Below, piece by piece: positions 26,950 through 40,338 of a DNA stretch of 64,000 bases (position 1 is the first letter of the stretch; every line of letters starts with the position of its first letter). Source of the DNA: Bacillus subtilis subsp. subtilis str. 168 (GTDB lineage Bacteria > Bacillota > Bacilli > Bacillales > Bacillaceae); the NCBI RefSeq assembly GCF_000009045.1, contig NC_000964.3:4092001-4156000 (forward strand), given 5' to 3'. The notes under the pieces are model-generated. The model worked only from the letters and a program-made list of their open reading frames with translations, did not search any database and had not been told where the DNA came from. The translations under genes were made by a program, and so were the position numbers.

Positions 26950-27513
26950 ATGTCTTTAATCGGTAAAGAAGTACTTCCATTCGAAGCAAAAGCATTCAAA
27001 AACGGTGAATTCATCGATGTAACAAACGAAGATTTGAAAGGCCAATGGAGCGTATTCTGCTTCTACCCAGCAGATTTCTCTTTCGTATGCCCAACTGAGC
27101 TTGAAGATCTTCAAGAACAATATGCTGCACTTAAAGAATTAGGTGTTGAAGTATACTCTGTTTCTACAGATACTCACTTCGTACACAAAGGCTGGCATGA
27201 CAGCTCTGAAAAAATCAGCAAAATCACTTACGCAATGATCGGTGACCCATCTCAAACGATCTCTCGCAACTTCGATGTTCTTGACGAAGAAACTGGCCTT
27301 GCTGACCGCGGAACATTCATCATCGATCCAGACGGCGTTATCCAAACTGTTGAAATCAATGCAGGCGGTATCGGCCGTGACGCAAGCAACCTTGTAAACA
27401 AAGTAAAAGCAGCTCAATACGTTCGTCAAAACCCAGGTGAAGTTTGCCCGGCTAAATGGGAAGAAGGCGGCGAAACTCTTACACCTAGCCTTGATCTAGT
27501 AGGTAAAATCTAA
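26950..27513 (+). CDS. ahpC: Alkyl hydroperoxide reductase C
   Basis: [13 protein letters not shown] and GEVCPAKW. Confidence 0.96.
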   Translation: MSLIGKEVLPFEAKAFKNGEFIDVTNEDLKGQWSVFCFYPADFSFVCPTELEDLQEQYAALKELGVEVYSVSTDTHFVHKGWHDSSEKISKITYAMIGDPSQTISRNFDVLDEETGLADRGTFIIDPDGVIQTVEINAGGIGRDASNLVNKVKAAQYVRQNPGEVCPAKWEEGGETLTPSLDLVGKI

Positions 27514-27526
27514 GGAGTGCATTCAA

Positions 27527-29056
27527 TTGGTACTTGATGCAAATATCAAAGCACAATTAAATCAATATATGCAGCTAATTGAGAATGACATTGTTCTCAA
27601 AGTTAGCGCAGGCGAAGATGACACTTCTAAGGACATGCTGGCTCTCGTTGATGAGCTGGCTTCCATGTCATCGAAAATTTCAGTTGAAAAAGCTGAATTA
27701 AACAGAACGCCGAGCTTCAGTGTCAATCGTGTCGGAGAAGACACTGGCGTGACTTTCGCCGGTATCCCTCTGGGCCACGAATTCACATCATTAGTGTTGG
27801 CGTTGCTCCAAGTGAGCGGCAGACCGCCTAAGGTAGACCAAAAAGTCATTGATCAGGTGAAGAAGATCAGTGGTGAATACCACTTCGAATCTTATATCAG
27901 CCTGACATGCCACAACTGTCCTGATGTTGTACAAGCTTTAAACATGATGAGCGTGCTGAACCCGAACATTACGCACACGATGATTGACGGTGCAGCATAC
28001 AAAGCAGAAGTTGAAAGCAAAAACATCATGGCAGTGCCGACCGTTTACCTGAATGGCGAATCCTTCGGAAGCGGCCGTATGACGCTTGAAGAAATTCTTG
28101 CGAAAATGGGCAGCGGCACAGATGCATCTGAGTTTGCTGACAAAGAGCCGTTTGACGTTCTTGTGGTCGGAGGCGGACCTGCTGGTGCAAGTGCAGCGAT
28201 CTACACTGCACGTAAAGGCATCCGAACTGGTGTTGTCGCTGAGCGCTTCGGCGGACAGGTTCTCGACACCATGAGCATCGAAAACTTCATCAGCGTCAAA
28301 GCGACGGAAGGACCGAAGCTAGCGGCAAGTCTTGAAGAGCATGTGAAGGAATATGATATTGATGTCATGAACCTTCAGCGTGCGAAACGCCTTGAGAAGA
28401 AAGATCTGTTCGAACTTGAACTCGAAAACGGCGCTGTCCTGAAAAGTAAAACAGTGATCCTTTCAACAGGTGCACGCTGGCGCAATGTCAACGTCCCCGG
28501 TGAACAAGAGTTCAAAAACAAAGGTGTCGCATACTGCCCGCACTGTGATGGGCCATTGTTTGAAGGCAAAGACGTTGCGGTAATCGGCGGCGGAAACTCT
28601 GGTATCGAAGCAGCGATTGATCTTGCAGGTATTGTCAATCACGTTACTGTACTAGAATTCGCGCCGGAACTGAAAGCAGACGAAGTCCTGCAAAAACGTC
28701 TCTACAGCCTGCCTAACGTTACTGTCGTGAAAAACGCACAAACAAAAGAAATCACAGGTGATCAGAGTGTTAACGGCATCACATATGTAGACCGCGAAAC
28801 AGGCGAAGAAAAACACGTTGAACTTCAAGGTGTATTCGTCCAAATCGGTCTCGTGCCAAACACAGAATGGTTAGAAGGAACGGTTGAACGCAACCGCATG
28901 GGCGAAATTATTGTCGACAAACACGGCGCAACAAGCGTACCAGGCTTATTTGCTGCCGGCGACTGCACAGACAGTGCGTACAACCAAATTATTATTTCTA
29001 TGGGATCAGGTGCAACTGCCGCCCTCGGCGCGTTTGATTACCTAATCCGTAACTAA
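27527..29056 (+). CDS. ahpF: Alkyl hydroperoxide reductase F
   Basis: CHNC, GGGPAG, CPHCDG, GGGNSG. Confidence 0.96.
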
Positions 29057-29062
29057 TATAAG

Positions 29063-29104
29063 AAATCCGCTATATTGCCAGATTGGCAGGATAGCGGATT
29101 TTTC
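29063..29104. terminator. Terminator between ahpF and bglA
   Basis: AAATCCGCTAT...ATAGCGGATTT followed by a T-run. Confidence 0.7.
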
Positions 29105-29165
29105 TTTTTCTACAGAAAAAAACCGAACCAGGCACTACGGTAAAAGTGCTCGATTCGAGCGCTTC

Positions 29166-31036
<1,871 letters not shown>

Positions 31037-31055
31037 TTCACCCACCCCTTCGTTT

Positions 31056-31069
31056 TGGTTACGCTTTCA
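31056..31069 (-). promoter_or_regulatory. cre site upstream of the PTS pseudogene-bglA transcript
   Basis: TGAAAGCGTAACCA on the minus strand. Confidence 0.65.
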
Positions 31070-31192
31070 TTATAATTGTAACGGTATAATTTATCAATTC
31101 CGAAACAAAATATTTACGCACTAACTATCATTGTAAGCGGTTTATGCTATAATTTTGACAAGTGAAACTAAACGAATAAATGAGGAATGCGT

Positions 31193-31903
31193 ATGTTAAA
31201 ATACCAGCAAATCGCAACGGAAATTGAAACATATATAGAAGAACACCAGCTTCAGCAGGGAGACAAACTGCCAGTCCTAGAAACCCTCATGGCCCAGTTT
31301 GAAGTCAGCAAAAGCACCATCACAAAGTCCCTCGAGCTATTAGAGCAAAAAGGCGCGATCTTTCAGGTCAGAGGAAGCGGCATTTTCGTCAGAAAACATA
31401 AACGAAAAGGCTATATCAGCCTTCTGTCGAATCAGGGATTTAAAAAAGATCTCGAGGATTTCAACGTCACCTCAAAAGTCATCGAACTGGACGTGAGAAA
31501 GCCAACACCGGAAGCGGCGGAAAACCTGAACATCGGAATGGACGAGGACATCTACTATGTCAAAAGGGTCCGCTACATCAACGGCCAGACCCTTTGCTAC
31601 GAAGAATCCTATTACACCAAATCCATCGTGACGTATTTAAACAACGAAATCGTCTCCCACTCCATCTTCCATTACATCCGGGAAGGACTGGGGTTGAAGA
31701 TTGGTTTTTCTGATTTGTTTCTGCACGTGGGCCAGCTTAATGAGGAAGAAGCGGAATATTTGGGATTAGAGGCTGGACTGCCGAAGCTGTATATAGAAAG
31801 TATTTTTCACCTGACAAATGGGCAGCCGTTTGATTACTCGAAGATTTCGTATAATTATGAGCAGTCGCAGTTTGTGGTACAGGCTAATAGTTTTTTATTA
31901 TAG
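31193..31903 (+). CDS. yydK: GntR/HutC-family regulator (UTRA domain)
   Basis: LPVLETLMAQFEVSKSTITKSL HTH; VRGSGIFV. Confidence 0.9.
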   Translation: MLKYQQIATEIETYIEEHQLQQGDKLPVLETLMAQFEVSKSTITKSLELLEQKGAIFQVRGSGIFVRKHKRKGYISLLSNQGFKKDLEDFNVTSKVIELDVRKPTPEAAENLNIGMDEDIYYVKRVRYINGQTLCYEESYYTKSIVTYLNNEIVSHSIFHYIREGLGLKIGFSDLFLHVGQLNEEEAEYLGLEAGLPKLYIESIFHLTNGQPFDYSKISYNYEQSQFVVQANSFLL

Positions 31904-31930
31904 GGCTCTTCACTACGGTAGGTGGTCGAC

Positions 31931-32089
31931 ATGTACAAAATTATCATTCCTGCCATACTAGCCATCTTTGCGCTCTGGATACTCTTACAGATTTCACTAG
32001 AGATGAGCATCGTTAAGAATCCAATGAACTACTTTATCGTATTCATTATCTTTTTCCTCTTTGTAAAGATGGTGAAAGAAAAACAATAA
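31931..32089 (+). CDS. 52-aa membrane protein with two hydrophobic helices
   Basis: MYKIIIPAILAIFALWILLQISLEMSIVKNPMNYFIVFIIFFLFVKMVKEKQ with AGGTGG SD; below the ORF-track cutoff. Confidence 0.65.
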   Translation: MYKIIIPAILAIFALWILLQISLEMSIVKNPMNYFIVFIIFFLFVKMVKEKQ

Positions 32090-32185
32090 TAGTTTGGGCG
32101 ATGCAAACAGAAAAACATCCTTCCCTTAACAAACTCAGCCAGTCACATGCATTAATCTTGATGTTAATGATATATAGGTGCACAT

Positions 32186-32212
32186 AAAAAGCTACTTCAT
32201 TGTGAAGTAGCT
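32186..32212 (-). terminator. epe operon terminator
   Basis: AGCTACTTCA-caa-TGAAGTAGCT followed by TTTT on the minus strand. Confidence 0.75.
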
Positions 32213-32219
32213 CCCTTTA

Positions 32220-32942
32220 TTAAAGGCCCATTTTGATCCATCTAGTTTTAGAAAAGCGAAGGACAATCGCATTTATGATAATAATTGAAACTAAATACAA
32301 AATAATAAATAAAACATCATTACTCCCAAGTGTCATGTTATCAGATTGCAGCACTCTTTCTATTCGGGGGTACATAGTGTTACCTGCCTCAAAAGGAGCA
32401 ATGAAACCAAACGTTTTATTGCTTATAGCTACTAAGATAACAGAAGTCATCCAATAAACGATACTGACACCTATACTAATTAATATATTAGGACATAACA
32501 CGCTTATAGTTCCGATAATTAGAATATACTGCAGTATAACTGCAGAAAATAAAAAAAGTAATAATGCAAAATGCGAAAAATCATGGTACATCAACGATAT
32601 GATTAGCAGGCCTAGCGTTATAAATGCAAAACATTCTAAAAATAAAACAGCTATCTTTTTATAAAAGAAAGTATAGATGTTCTCTCCAATTAACTTGTAA
32701 AAGAGAATATTTTTGTTTGAATACTCTCTATTAATAAAGAAAGCTATAACAAATGAAAATAACATCAAACCAAACTGGGTCGCAACAGTATAGGAGCTAA
32801 AGAAAAACATTTCAGGTGTAACATTACTGACTTTATCGATTCCAACAAGTAAAAAATAACCCAGCAAAAATAAAAATACAAACATTGCTCCTAAAATAAT
32901 GATAACTTTGTTGCTAATACTCTTTTTAAACTCTAATTTCAT
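32220..32942 (-). CDS. yydJ: ABC transporter permease, epipeptide immunity (EpeB)
   Basis: Six hydrophobic segments; last gene of the yydFGHIJ operon. Confidence 0.88.
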   Translation of the reverse strand: MKLEFKKSISNKVIIILGAMFVFLFLLGYFLLVGIDKVSNVTPEMFFFSSYTVATQFGLMLFSFVIAFFINREYSNKNILFYKLIGENIYTFFYKKIAVLFLECFAFITLGLLIISLMYHDFSHFALLLFLFSAVILQYILIIGTISVLCPNILISIGVSIVYWMTSVILVAISNKTFGFIAPFEAGNTMYPRIERVLQSDNMTLGSNDVLFIILYLVSIIIINAIVLRFSKTRWIKMGL

Positions 32943-32962
32943 CTCAAGCCCCCACTGTTTTA

Positions 32963-33592
32963 TTACTCATTTATATACACTTCAATTAATTTATCCACTG
33001 AATGATATTGTTGAATTTCTTGGTGATTAAATATATAATAATCCCCTTCTATCGCCTTTAAATCAGACAAATCATGTGTAATGTTGATGATAATCTTCTC
33101 GGGGTTCTCCTGAATATACTTGTTTAAGAAGCCATGAATCTCTATAACCGTTTTTTTGTCTAATGAATTCGTTATTTCATCTAAAACAATAATATTTTTA
33201 TCCTCTAATAAGAAACTGAGCAATTTTAATTTTTGCTTTTGTCCATCACTCAAATTTTTGATCAGAACTTTTCCATCAATATTATCCAGATTAAGTAAAT
33301 ATGCGATTTTATCTATCATTTTTGCATCAAATTTTTTACTCAAAAAGTGTAATAAAAAGTCCTTAGAAACATCATTAGGTATATTCGACGAGCTGGATAT
33401 TAAAGAAACATTTTGACGAATATCTCTGCCGATTCTTTTGCTATTATTCAACAAAAAGTCTTTAGCAAGCTGTGATTTACCGACTCCATTTTTTCCGACA
33501 ACGTGATTAATTTTCCCGCTCGAAAAATGCAAGTCGGTGTCCTGAAGTAACGTTTTGCCTTTCACTTTTAAAGTGTAATTCGCTATATTCAT
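32963..33592 (-). CDS. yydI: ABC transporter ATPase (EpeA)
   Basis: GKNGVGKS, LSDGQKQK, IVLDE. Confidence 0.9.
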   Translation of the reverse strand: MNIANYTLKVKGKTLLQDTDLHFSSGKINHVVGKNGVGKSQLAKDFLLNNSKRIGRDIRQNVSLISSSSNIPNDVSKDFLLHFLSKKFDAKMIDKIAYLLNLDNIDGKVLIKNLSDGQKQKLKLLSFLLEDKNIIVLDEITNSLDKKTVIEIHGFLNKYIQENPEKIIINITHDLSDLKAIEGDYYIFNHQEIQQYHSVDKLIEVYINE

Positions 33593-33741
33593 ATACATAC
33601 TCCTAGGAAATATTTGCATAATAATAAAATGTTCTGCCTTGTGATTTGTTACTAATGTCTAAGCTTTTGAGGTACCTCTTTCGTTTCCGATCCGGAAGCG
33701 AAAGAAATGTTTTTAGATGGCTAATTTGGAGATCTTTTACT

Positions 33742-34500
33742 CTAGTTTACAATATATAATATCCAATGTACAACTGAATTCACTGCAAGGCCAATCCCTA
33801 TAATTTGAATCGTAAGAACTAACCAATGATTTGTCTTAAAACGGCTATATTCATCTAAGCTCAGAAAAGCTAAAAGAATTTTGTAACCATCAGAATTCAA
33901 TATTGGGATTAAGTTCCACAATAAAGTAGACGAGAAAAGCATAAATGCCATAGTTAATGCTTCACTGGAAAATGTAAATTGATTTATTAATTCTAATGTA
34001 TTTATTAAAAGATAATTGATAAACAAGCCAAATAAATGAACGATTATCTTTTCATTTCTTGATAGCATGTAGGTTTCATTCAATTGGACATAAAAAGCAG
34101 GAAATACATAAAAATTCAGTTTGAATCCCACTTTATCAAAGTTTTTCCCGAAAAATTTTAAGGAATAAATATGTCCCAGTTCATGAAGCACTATATTCAT
34201 TATAAAATAAATAACTATAATTATCCACATTTTCCAGCCGTAAAATACTGAGGACAATCCATTTTGCAATTTTATTAAATGAATATAATTTAATATGAAC
34301 ATGAGAGCCGTAAAGGATAAGAACAGATAAAAAAACTTTGGTGATACTTTCTCTTTATACATTTTAAAACGTAATAATTGTTTATCTGACAGAGAATTTA
34401 AACTATTTTTATAGTATTCTCCGCTTTTTTTGTCTTTTATAAATACGTTGTTTTGCACAAGCACTTCATATTTTTCATCTTCATACTTTAAAATTTTCAT
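33742..34500 (-). CDS. yydH: Membrane metalloprotease, M50-like (EpeP)
   Basis: HELGH within TM segments; NLIPILNSDG. Confidence 0.88.
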   Translation of the reverse strand: MKILKYEDEKYEVLVQNNVFIKDKKSGEYYKNSLNSLSDKQLLRFKMYKEKVSPKFFYLFLSFTALMFILNYIHLIKLQNGLSSVFYGWKMWIIIVIYFIMNIVLHELGHIYSLKFFGKNFDKVGFKLNFYVFPAFYVQLNETYMLSRNEKIIVHLFGLFINYLLINTLELINQFTFSSEALTMAFMLFSSTLLWNLIPILNSDGYKILLAFLSLDEYSRFKTNHWLVLTIQIIGIGLAVNSVVHWILYIVN

Positions 34501-35440
34501 TATAGTATTTTTCCATATAAGGATAGAAGTAGTTTATTTTTTCTGCAGAGTTGAATAAGGAACCACAAACTCCACAAATAGAGGAAAATTCATAAGGAAT
34601 GTCAAATTCCTCTATTTTGTTATTTTCTTTTAAAATATTCAAAAACCATTTGAATCCTTCTTTTCTAAGAATAAATAATAGCAAATTGGAATTTAACTTT
34701 TCCACGGTTCTTTCGAAACTTTGGTTATATTCTTCCCTTAGGGTTATTTTCGTTTCAAAAATAGCAGGGGAACAACATGGATAAATTTCTCCATCATGAT
34801 GATATACAATGTCATATCCGGGACAATGTAAGGAATCTTCATCTTCAAGACTGTAAAATTTATGTATGTTTTCTTGCTTAATTCTAGTTTTAGCAGCGCC
34901 AACTGATATCATTGGAAATTTTGTTATCTTTACACCTAAGATTGAATCCCCCAATTCCTCTAAAATGTGGTTGGACATTTTGTCTTTGGTAACTGCCATA
35001 TTAAGAGAAATATCGATATCAGGGTATTTCCTGCTATGTTCTAATATGTTTTTAATACTGGAAGACTTGACAAATGGAGCATGGTACTCATCATAACTTA
35101 TAGTCAGTGCTATCACATTTAAAGAATTCATATCATGAAAGTACTCCTGGACCTTTTTCTTGCTCAAACCCCAAAATCCATTAGAGATCAACGTTATTTG
35201 TTTTTCATATGGTTTAATGATTTCCATTAGTTCTTTTAAAAATTTATAATCTAAAAAAACTTCCCCACCTGTAAAAGAAATCACTTGAATGGTTTTGTTT
35301 TTTGCAAATTCAGTTACTAACTCTCTTATGTATTCTTTTTCCATCCTGGTTGTTGAAGTTGGTGAACTAGAAAAACAACAATGGTCACAGGATGCATTAC
35401 ACCTTGAATCTAAATTGATTGATACTGTTTTATTATACAT
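34481..35440 (-). CDS. yydG: Radical SAM peptide epimerase (EpeE)
   Basis: CNASCDHC (CX3CX2C), FTGGE, C-terminal Cys residues. Confidence 0.92.
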   Translation of the reverse strand: MYNKTVSINLDSRCNASCDHCCFSSSPTSTTRMEKEYIRELVTEFAKNKTIQVISFTGGEVFLDYKFLKELMEIIKPYEKQITLISNGFWGLSKKKVQEYFHDMNSLNVIALTISYDEYHAPFVKSSSIKNILEHSRKYPDIDISLNMAVTKDKMSNHILEELGDSILGVKITKFPMISVGAAKTRIKQENIHKFYSLEDEDSLHCPGYDIVYHHDGEIYPCCSPAIFETKITLREEYNQSFERTVEKLNSNLLLFILRKEGFKWFLNILKENNKIEEFDIPYEFSSICGVCGSLFNSAEKINYFYPYMEKYYNENFKV

Positions 35441-35462
35441 GAAATATCCCCCAACAAATGGT

Positions 35463-35485
35463 AAAGGAGAGTTAGACTCTCCTTT
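35463..35485. other. Perfect stem-loop between precursor and epimerase genes (probable mRNA processing/stabilising element)
   Basis: AAAGGAGAG-ttaga-CTCTCCTTT. Confidence 0.65.
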
Positions 35486-35497
35486 GTACCCCTCTAA

Positions 35498-35647
35498 TTA
35501 ATGACCACTTCCAAGAATCCAGCGATTTTCTTTTGATTTTACAAAATACCAAAGATCATTCACTTTTGCTAACTTTTGTGATTCATCTAATAGACCCTTA
35601 AATTCTAAGTTTTTCACAGTCTCATTGTTAGTGATTTCCTTTTTCAT
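35498..35647 (-). CDS. yydF: Epipeptide precursor EpeX, 49 aa (MKKEITNNETVKNLEFKGLLDESQKLAKVNDLWYFVKSKENRWILGSGH)
   Basis: Translated by hand; strong AGGAGGAGGG SD; directly upstream of the radical SAM gene. Confidence 0.92.
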   Translation of the reverse strand: MKKEITNNETVKNLEFKGLLDESQKLAKVNDLWYFVKSKENRWILGSGH

Positions 35648-36118
35648 ATTATCCCTCCTCCTTTTCTAATATAAACCAATTATTCTATATCATTCAATAC
35701 ATGTCAATATATTGTACCTAAAAAATCTGAAAAATGTCACTATTCTTGGTATATAAAGCCTATAGTCCTCTAGCCCCTCTAAGCTATACCGAATGAAAGG
35801 CCATAGTTTGATTTAAAGCTTCGTAATGAAAAGTAAAACATCAATATTGACTACACTAGTTAAGGGATATACAGATTTTAAGTGGAAGAAATGAGGCAAA
35901 CAATCTTACCCTAAACCAACCTGTACTGAAAAGCTGTTTTAAGCTCTTGCTTACCCCATTTGGCACCTCTTTCTCTCGTTTTAATTGTCTCTAAAAGCAG
36001 TTATGCGGTACTATCATATAAAGGTCCAATGTTTAAAAATAATGTCATACTTTTAAATTCACCTTATCATGCACATGCTCATAAAGAGGGGTTTATTCTA
36101 AAAAGGGGATGGACGGTT

Positions 36119-38044
36119 TTGGAAAGCAAGTACCTAGATCTACTCGCACAAAAATACGATTGTGAAGAAAAAGTGGTAACAGAAATCATCAATTTGAAAG
36201 CGATATTGAACCTGCCAAAAGGCACCGAGCATTTTGTCAGTGATCTGCACGGAGAGTATCAGGCATTCCAGCACGTGTTGCGCAATGGTTCAGGACGAGT
36301 CAAAGAGAAGATACGCGACATCTTCAGCGGTGTCATTTACGATAGAGAAATTGATGAATTAGCAGCATTGGTCTATTATCCGGAAGACAAACTGAAATTA
36401 ATCAAACATGACTTTGATGCGAAAGAAGCGTTAAACGAGTGGTATAAAGAAACGATTCATCGAATGATTAAGCTCGTTTCATATTGCTCCTCTAAGTATA
36501 CCCGCTCCAAATTACGCAAAGCACTGCCTGCCCAATTTGCTTATATTACGGAGGAGCTGTTATACAAAACAGAACAAGCTGGCAACAAGGAGCAATATTA
36601 CTCCGAAATCATTGATCAGATCATTGAACTTGGCCAAGCCGATAAGCTGATCACCGGCCTTGCTTACAGCGTTCAGCGATTGGTGGTCGACCATCTGCAT
36701 GTGGTCGGCGATATTTATGACCGCGGCCCGCAGCCGGATAGAATTATGGAAGAACTGATCAACTATCATTCTGTCGATATTCAGTGGGGAAATCACGATG
36801 TCCTTTGGATCGGCGCCTATTCCGGTTCCAAAGTGTGCCTGGCCAATATTATCCGCATCTGTGCCCGCTACGACAACCTGGATATTATTGAGGACGTGTA
36901 CGGCATCAACCTGAGACCGCTGCTGAACCTGGCCGAAAAATATTATGATGATAATCCAGCGTTCCGTCCAAAAGCAGACGAAAACAGGCCAGAGGATGAG
37001 ATTAAGCAAATCACAAAAATCCATCAAGCGATTGCCATGATCCAATTCAAGCTTGAGAGCCCGATTATCAAGAGACGGCCGAACTTTAATATGGAAGAGC
37101 GGCTGTTATTAGAGAAAATAGACTATGACAAAAATGAAATCACGCTGAACGGAAAAACATATCAACTGGAAAACACCTGCTTTGCGACGATTAATCCGGA
37201 GCAGCCAGATCAGCTATTAGAAGAAGAAGCAGAAGTCATAGACAAGCTGCTATTCTCTGTCCAGCATTCCGAAAAGCTGGGCCGCCATATGAATTTTATG
37301 ATGAAAAAAGGCAGCCTTTATTTAAAATATAACGGCAACCTGTTGATTCACGGCTGTATTCCAGTTGATGAAAACGGCAATATGGAAACGATGATGATTG
37401 AGGATAAACCGTATGCGGGCCGTGAGCTGCTCGATGTATTTGAACGATTCTTGCGGGAAGCCTTTGCCCACCCGGAAGAAACCGATGACCTGGCGACAGA
37501 TATGGCTTGGTATTTATGGACAGGCGAATACTCCTCCCTCTTCGGAAAACGCGCCATGACGACATTTGAGCGCTATTTCATCAAAGAGAAGGAAACGCAT
37601 AAAGAGAAGAAAAACCCGTATTATTATTTACGAGAAGACGAGGCAACCTGCCGAAACATCCTGGCAGAATTCGGCCTCAATCCAGATCACGGCCATATCA
37701 TCAACGGCCATACACCTGTAAAAGAAATCGAAGGAGAAGACCCAATCAAAGCAAACGGAAAAATGATCGTCATCGACGGCGGCTTCTCCAAAGCCTACCA
37801 ATCCACAACAGGCATCGCCGGCTACACGCTGCTATACAACTCCTACGGCATGCAGCTCGTCGCCCATAAACACTTCAATTCCAAGGCAGAAGTCCTAAGC
37901 ACCGGAACCGACGTCTTAACGGTCAAACGATTAGTGGACAAAGAGCTTGAGCGGAAGAAAGTGAAGGAAACGAATGTGGGTGAGGAATTGTTGCAGGAAG
38001 TTGCGATTTTAGAGAGTTTGCGGGAGTATCGGTATATGAAGTGA
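36119..38044 (+). CDS. fbp: Fructose-1,6-bisphosphatase class III
   Basis: [32 protein letters not shown]; TTG start after an AAGGGG SD. Confidence 0.93.
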
Positions 38045-38534
38045 GGGGTGTGGGGTTCAGGGATGGTGATATGCTGCTCCCCTAAAAGTAGATAGATGAA
38101 TTTTAGAAAATCTGTTTGCCTTGGGGAGTTTTTTCATGGCTGGACAATTATACTACAAGGAAGAAATACTAATACTTATAGAATGTAATTGGGTAATGAT
38201 TCGGAGAAAGAGGTTGCGAAATAATATGGTATTACACTGAAACAATTATCAATGGAGAACATGCACGATATAGCCGTTCTATATTCTCCCTCTATTATGG
38301 CACTCATTAGTAGACATAACCGTAAAAAAATGCACTCAAAAAAAGTCCATTCTATATAACTCTCGCTAGGGTGGACCTTTTTCAACATTCAAAGTACTAG
38401 ATTTTTTCTAGTGAAAGAATAAGAAAAGACATAAGTTCTATTTTATCACTCTGTTATAGGTTAAGTTATTACGGTGTTTCATTATATACTGAATTTAAAC
38501 ACCCTTGACATTATGGGAATTTTTAAAACAGGTT

Positions 38535-38560
38535 AAAAGGAAGTTCTATAAGAACTCCCT
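38535..38560 (-). terminator. Terminator after yydD
   Basis: AGGGAGTTC-ttata-GAACTTCCT followed by TTT on the minus strand. Confidence 0.6.
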
Positions 38561-38577
38561 AGTTTAATATTATTTGG

Positions 38578-40338
38578 TCAAAATCTAAAACCAAAAAATC
38601 TATTTTTATCTTCATTGTTTCTATCTAATTTTGCAACAATCATACCTTTCGACTCTAATTCTTGAAGGTCATCTAATAATAATTCATTTTTATTTATTGT
38701 TACAAAATATTGTCCGATCCTATTCTCTAACAGACTTGAATTGATATGTTTTAATAATGTACCTTTTACATGAGGATCAGGATTAGAATAAGATCCGTCA
38801 TGAATTAAAATATTCAAACTACACTTATTTATACACCTGTATAAAAACCAAGTAAGATCAAATATATTTATCTTCATATGGAGTCTACCATGTGAACGTT
38901 CATCCGGTATAGAACAAGAAATTTTGATCCTTCCTGTAGTTGATTGTTTTGCGTTACTTATTCTATTATCATATTCAAAATCTAAAAATCCATGTTGGTT
39001 GTATGTAACATCCATTAGATTATTAAAAAGCTTCTTTAACTCACTAACTATAGCGCTATAAGATTGAAACTCATCATAATACATTGAATTAACTCTTAAT
39101 ATTTCATGTTGAAGTTCATTAATCTTATCAAAAATATGGTTTTTTTTATCGTAGTCACTAATTCTCAATCTTACTTCCGCTAACTCTATTTCTTTCCTTC
39201 TTTGTTCTTCCATCACAATGGAAATATCCTCAATGAAATTGTTACTCTTTAAAATTCTGGCACTTGATTCCAGTTGTTCTGTTAATCCTTGCTTTTTGAT
39301 ATTAAGTTTTTTTAAATCGGCTTGTATTTTAACAATTTTATCTTTAAAATAACTCCCTCTACTTTCTACCATGAAATTATAGAACTCTTGGACTTTATTA
39401 TAATTCTGTTTTACTTCCTCTGGAAAAAAACCTACAATATCTTCATAGAATTTTTCTATATTTTCTAATTCTTTAATCTTAGTTACTTTTTTATTTAAAT
39501 CATCTATATTTCTTTGATATTGTTTACAAATATGTTCATTTTCAAATATTTCATTTTGTATTTTATTAAGTTCACTTTTAATTTCTGAGTACCTATTTGT
39601 ATCATTATTATATTTATTGGCAGTCTTAGTTTGATAGATAACTCTATTGTAATCCTCTATCTCATTTATTAATTCATCTTCCTTAACTTTTAAATCGCCA
39701 ATGTTAATATTCATTGATTCAATCAATTTTATTTCACTATTTAATTTTTCAATCTTATCCCGAAAAACCTTTATGTTTTTTTCTGTATGAGTTGGTAAAG
39801 TAAAAAGATAGTTAAGTAATTTATATTGTTTTAACCCTCCCCTATTCGGTAAAACTATATCATTAAACCCTGTCTTTTCGTCTCTTATAATATACTCCCT
39901 TAACGCCGCAAAAGTTATATCCTCTTTCTCACCCTTTAAAATTTCCTTTTCAATAAATTTTTTATATACACTTATACTAACTTTTTTCCATTCCTCCAAA
40001 TTAAAAGTTAAAGAAGTATCATGTAATGTATAACCATGTTTAGGAGAATTAAAAGATCTAGCAAGGAATACTTGATTTCCATCAATTTCCACATTCAAAA
40101 CAATAAAAACGTTTTTATTGAGAAGAATTTCATTTGTCGTATAAAAATTTGATATAGTCTTCCCTAGTAAAAAGGAGATGCATTCAATCATCGTTGACTT
40201 ACCTACACCATTAGTCTCTTCATGATCTTCTCTCTTTTCACCAAGTATTATATTTACTCCTACAGCATTAAATTTATACTCTTTCAAAATTTCTTGGGAA
40301 TTGCAAACAAAAAGATTTTTTATAATCATAACAATCAC
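38578..40338 (-). CDS. yydD: SMC/Rad50-like ABC ATPase with long coiled coil (ABC-3C / Lamassu LmuB-like)
   Basis: Walker A NGVGKST, long heptad-rich region, signature-like RSHG, Walker B ILIHD. Confidence 0.82.
   Translation of the reverse strand: MIVMIIKNLFVCNSQEILKEYKFNAVGVNIILGEKREDHEETNGVGKSTMIECISFLLGKTISNFYTTNEILLNKNVFIVLNVEIDGNQVFLARSFNSPKHGYTLHDTSLTFNLEEWKKVSISVYKKFIEKEILKGEKEDITFAALREYIIRDEKTGFNDIVLPNRGGLKQYKLLNYLFTLPTHTEKNIKVFRDKIEKLNSEIKLIESMNINIGDLKVKEDELINEIEDYNRVIYQTKTANKYNNDTNRYSEIKSELNKIQNEIFENEHICKQYQRNIDDLNKKVTKIKELENIEKFYEDIVGFFPEEVKQNYNKVQEFYNFMVESRGSYFKDKIVKIQADLKKLNIKKQGLTEQLESSARILKSNNFIEDISIVMEEQRRKEIELAEVRLRISDYDKKNHIFDKINELQHEILRVNSMYYDEFQSYSAIVSELKKLFNNLMDVTYNQHGFLDFEYDNRISNAKQSTTGRIKISCSIPDERSHGRLHMKINIFDLTWFLYRCINKCSLNILIHDGSYSNPDPHVKGTLLKHINSSLLENRIGQYFVTINKNELLLDDLQELESKGMIVAKLDRNNEDKNRFFGFRF

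Noticed and set aside
32220-35647. epe (yydFGHIJ) cluster as the novel system
   Set aside because: It is an already characterised radical-SAM epipeptide pathway, so it is listed as features only.
36062-36070. CCTTATCAT matching the rlmH-end att core
   Set aside because: Only 9 bp, opposite orientation, in AT-rich sequence; expected by chance.
38176-38388. 70-aa minus-strand ORF between fbp and yydD
   Set aside because: No SD and no recognisable motif; probably a chance ORF in AT-rich DNA.
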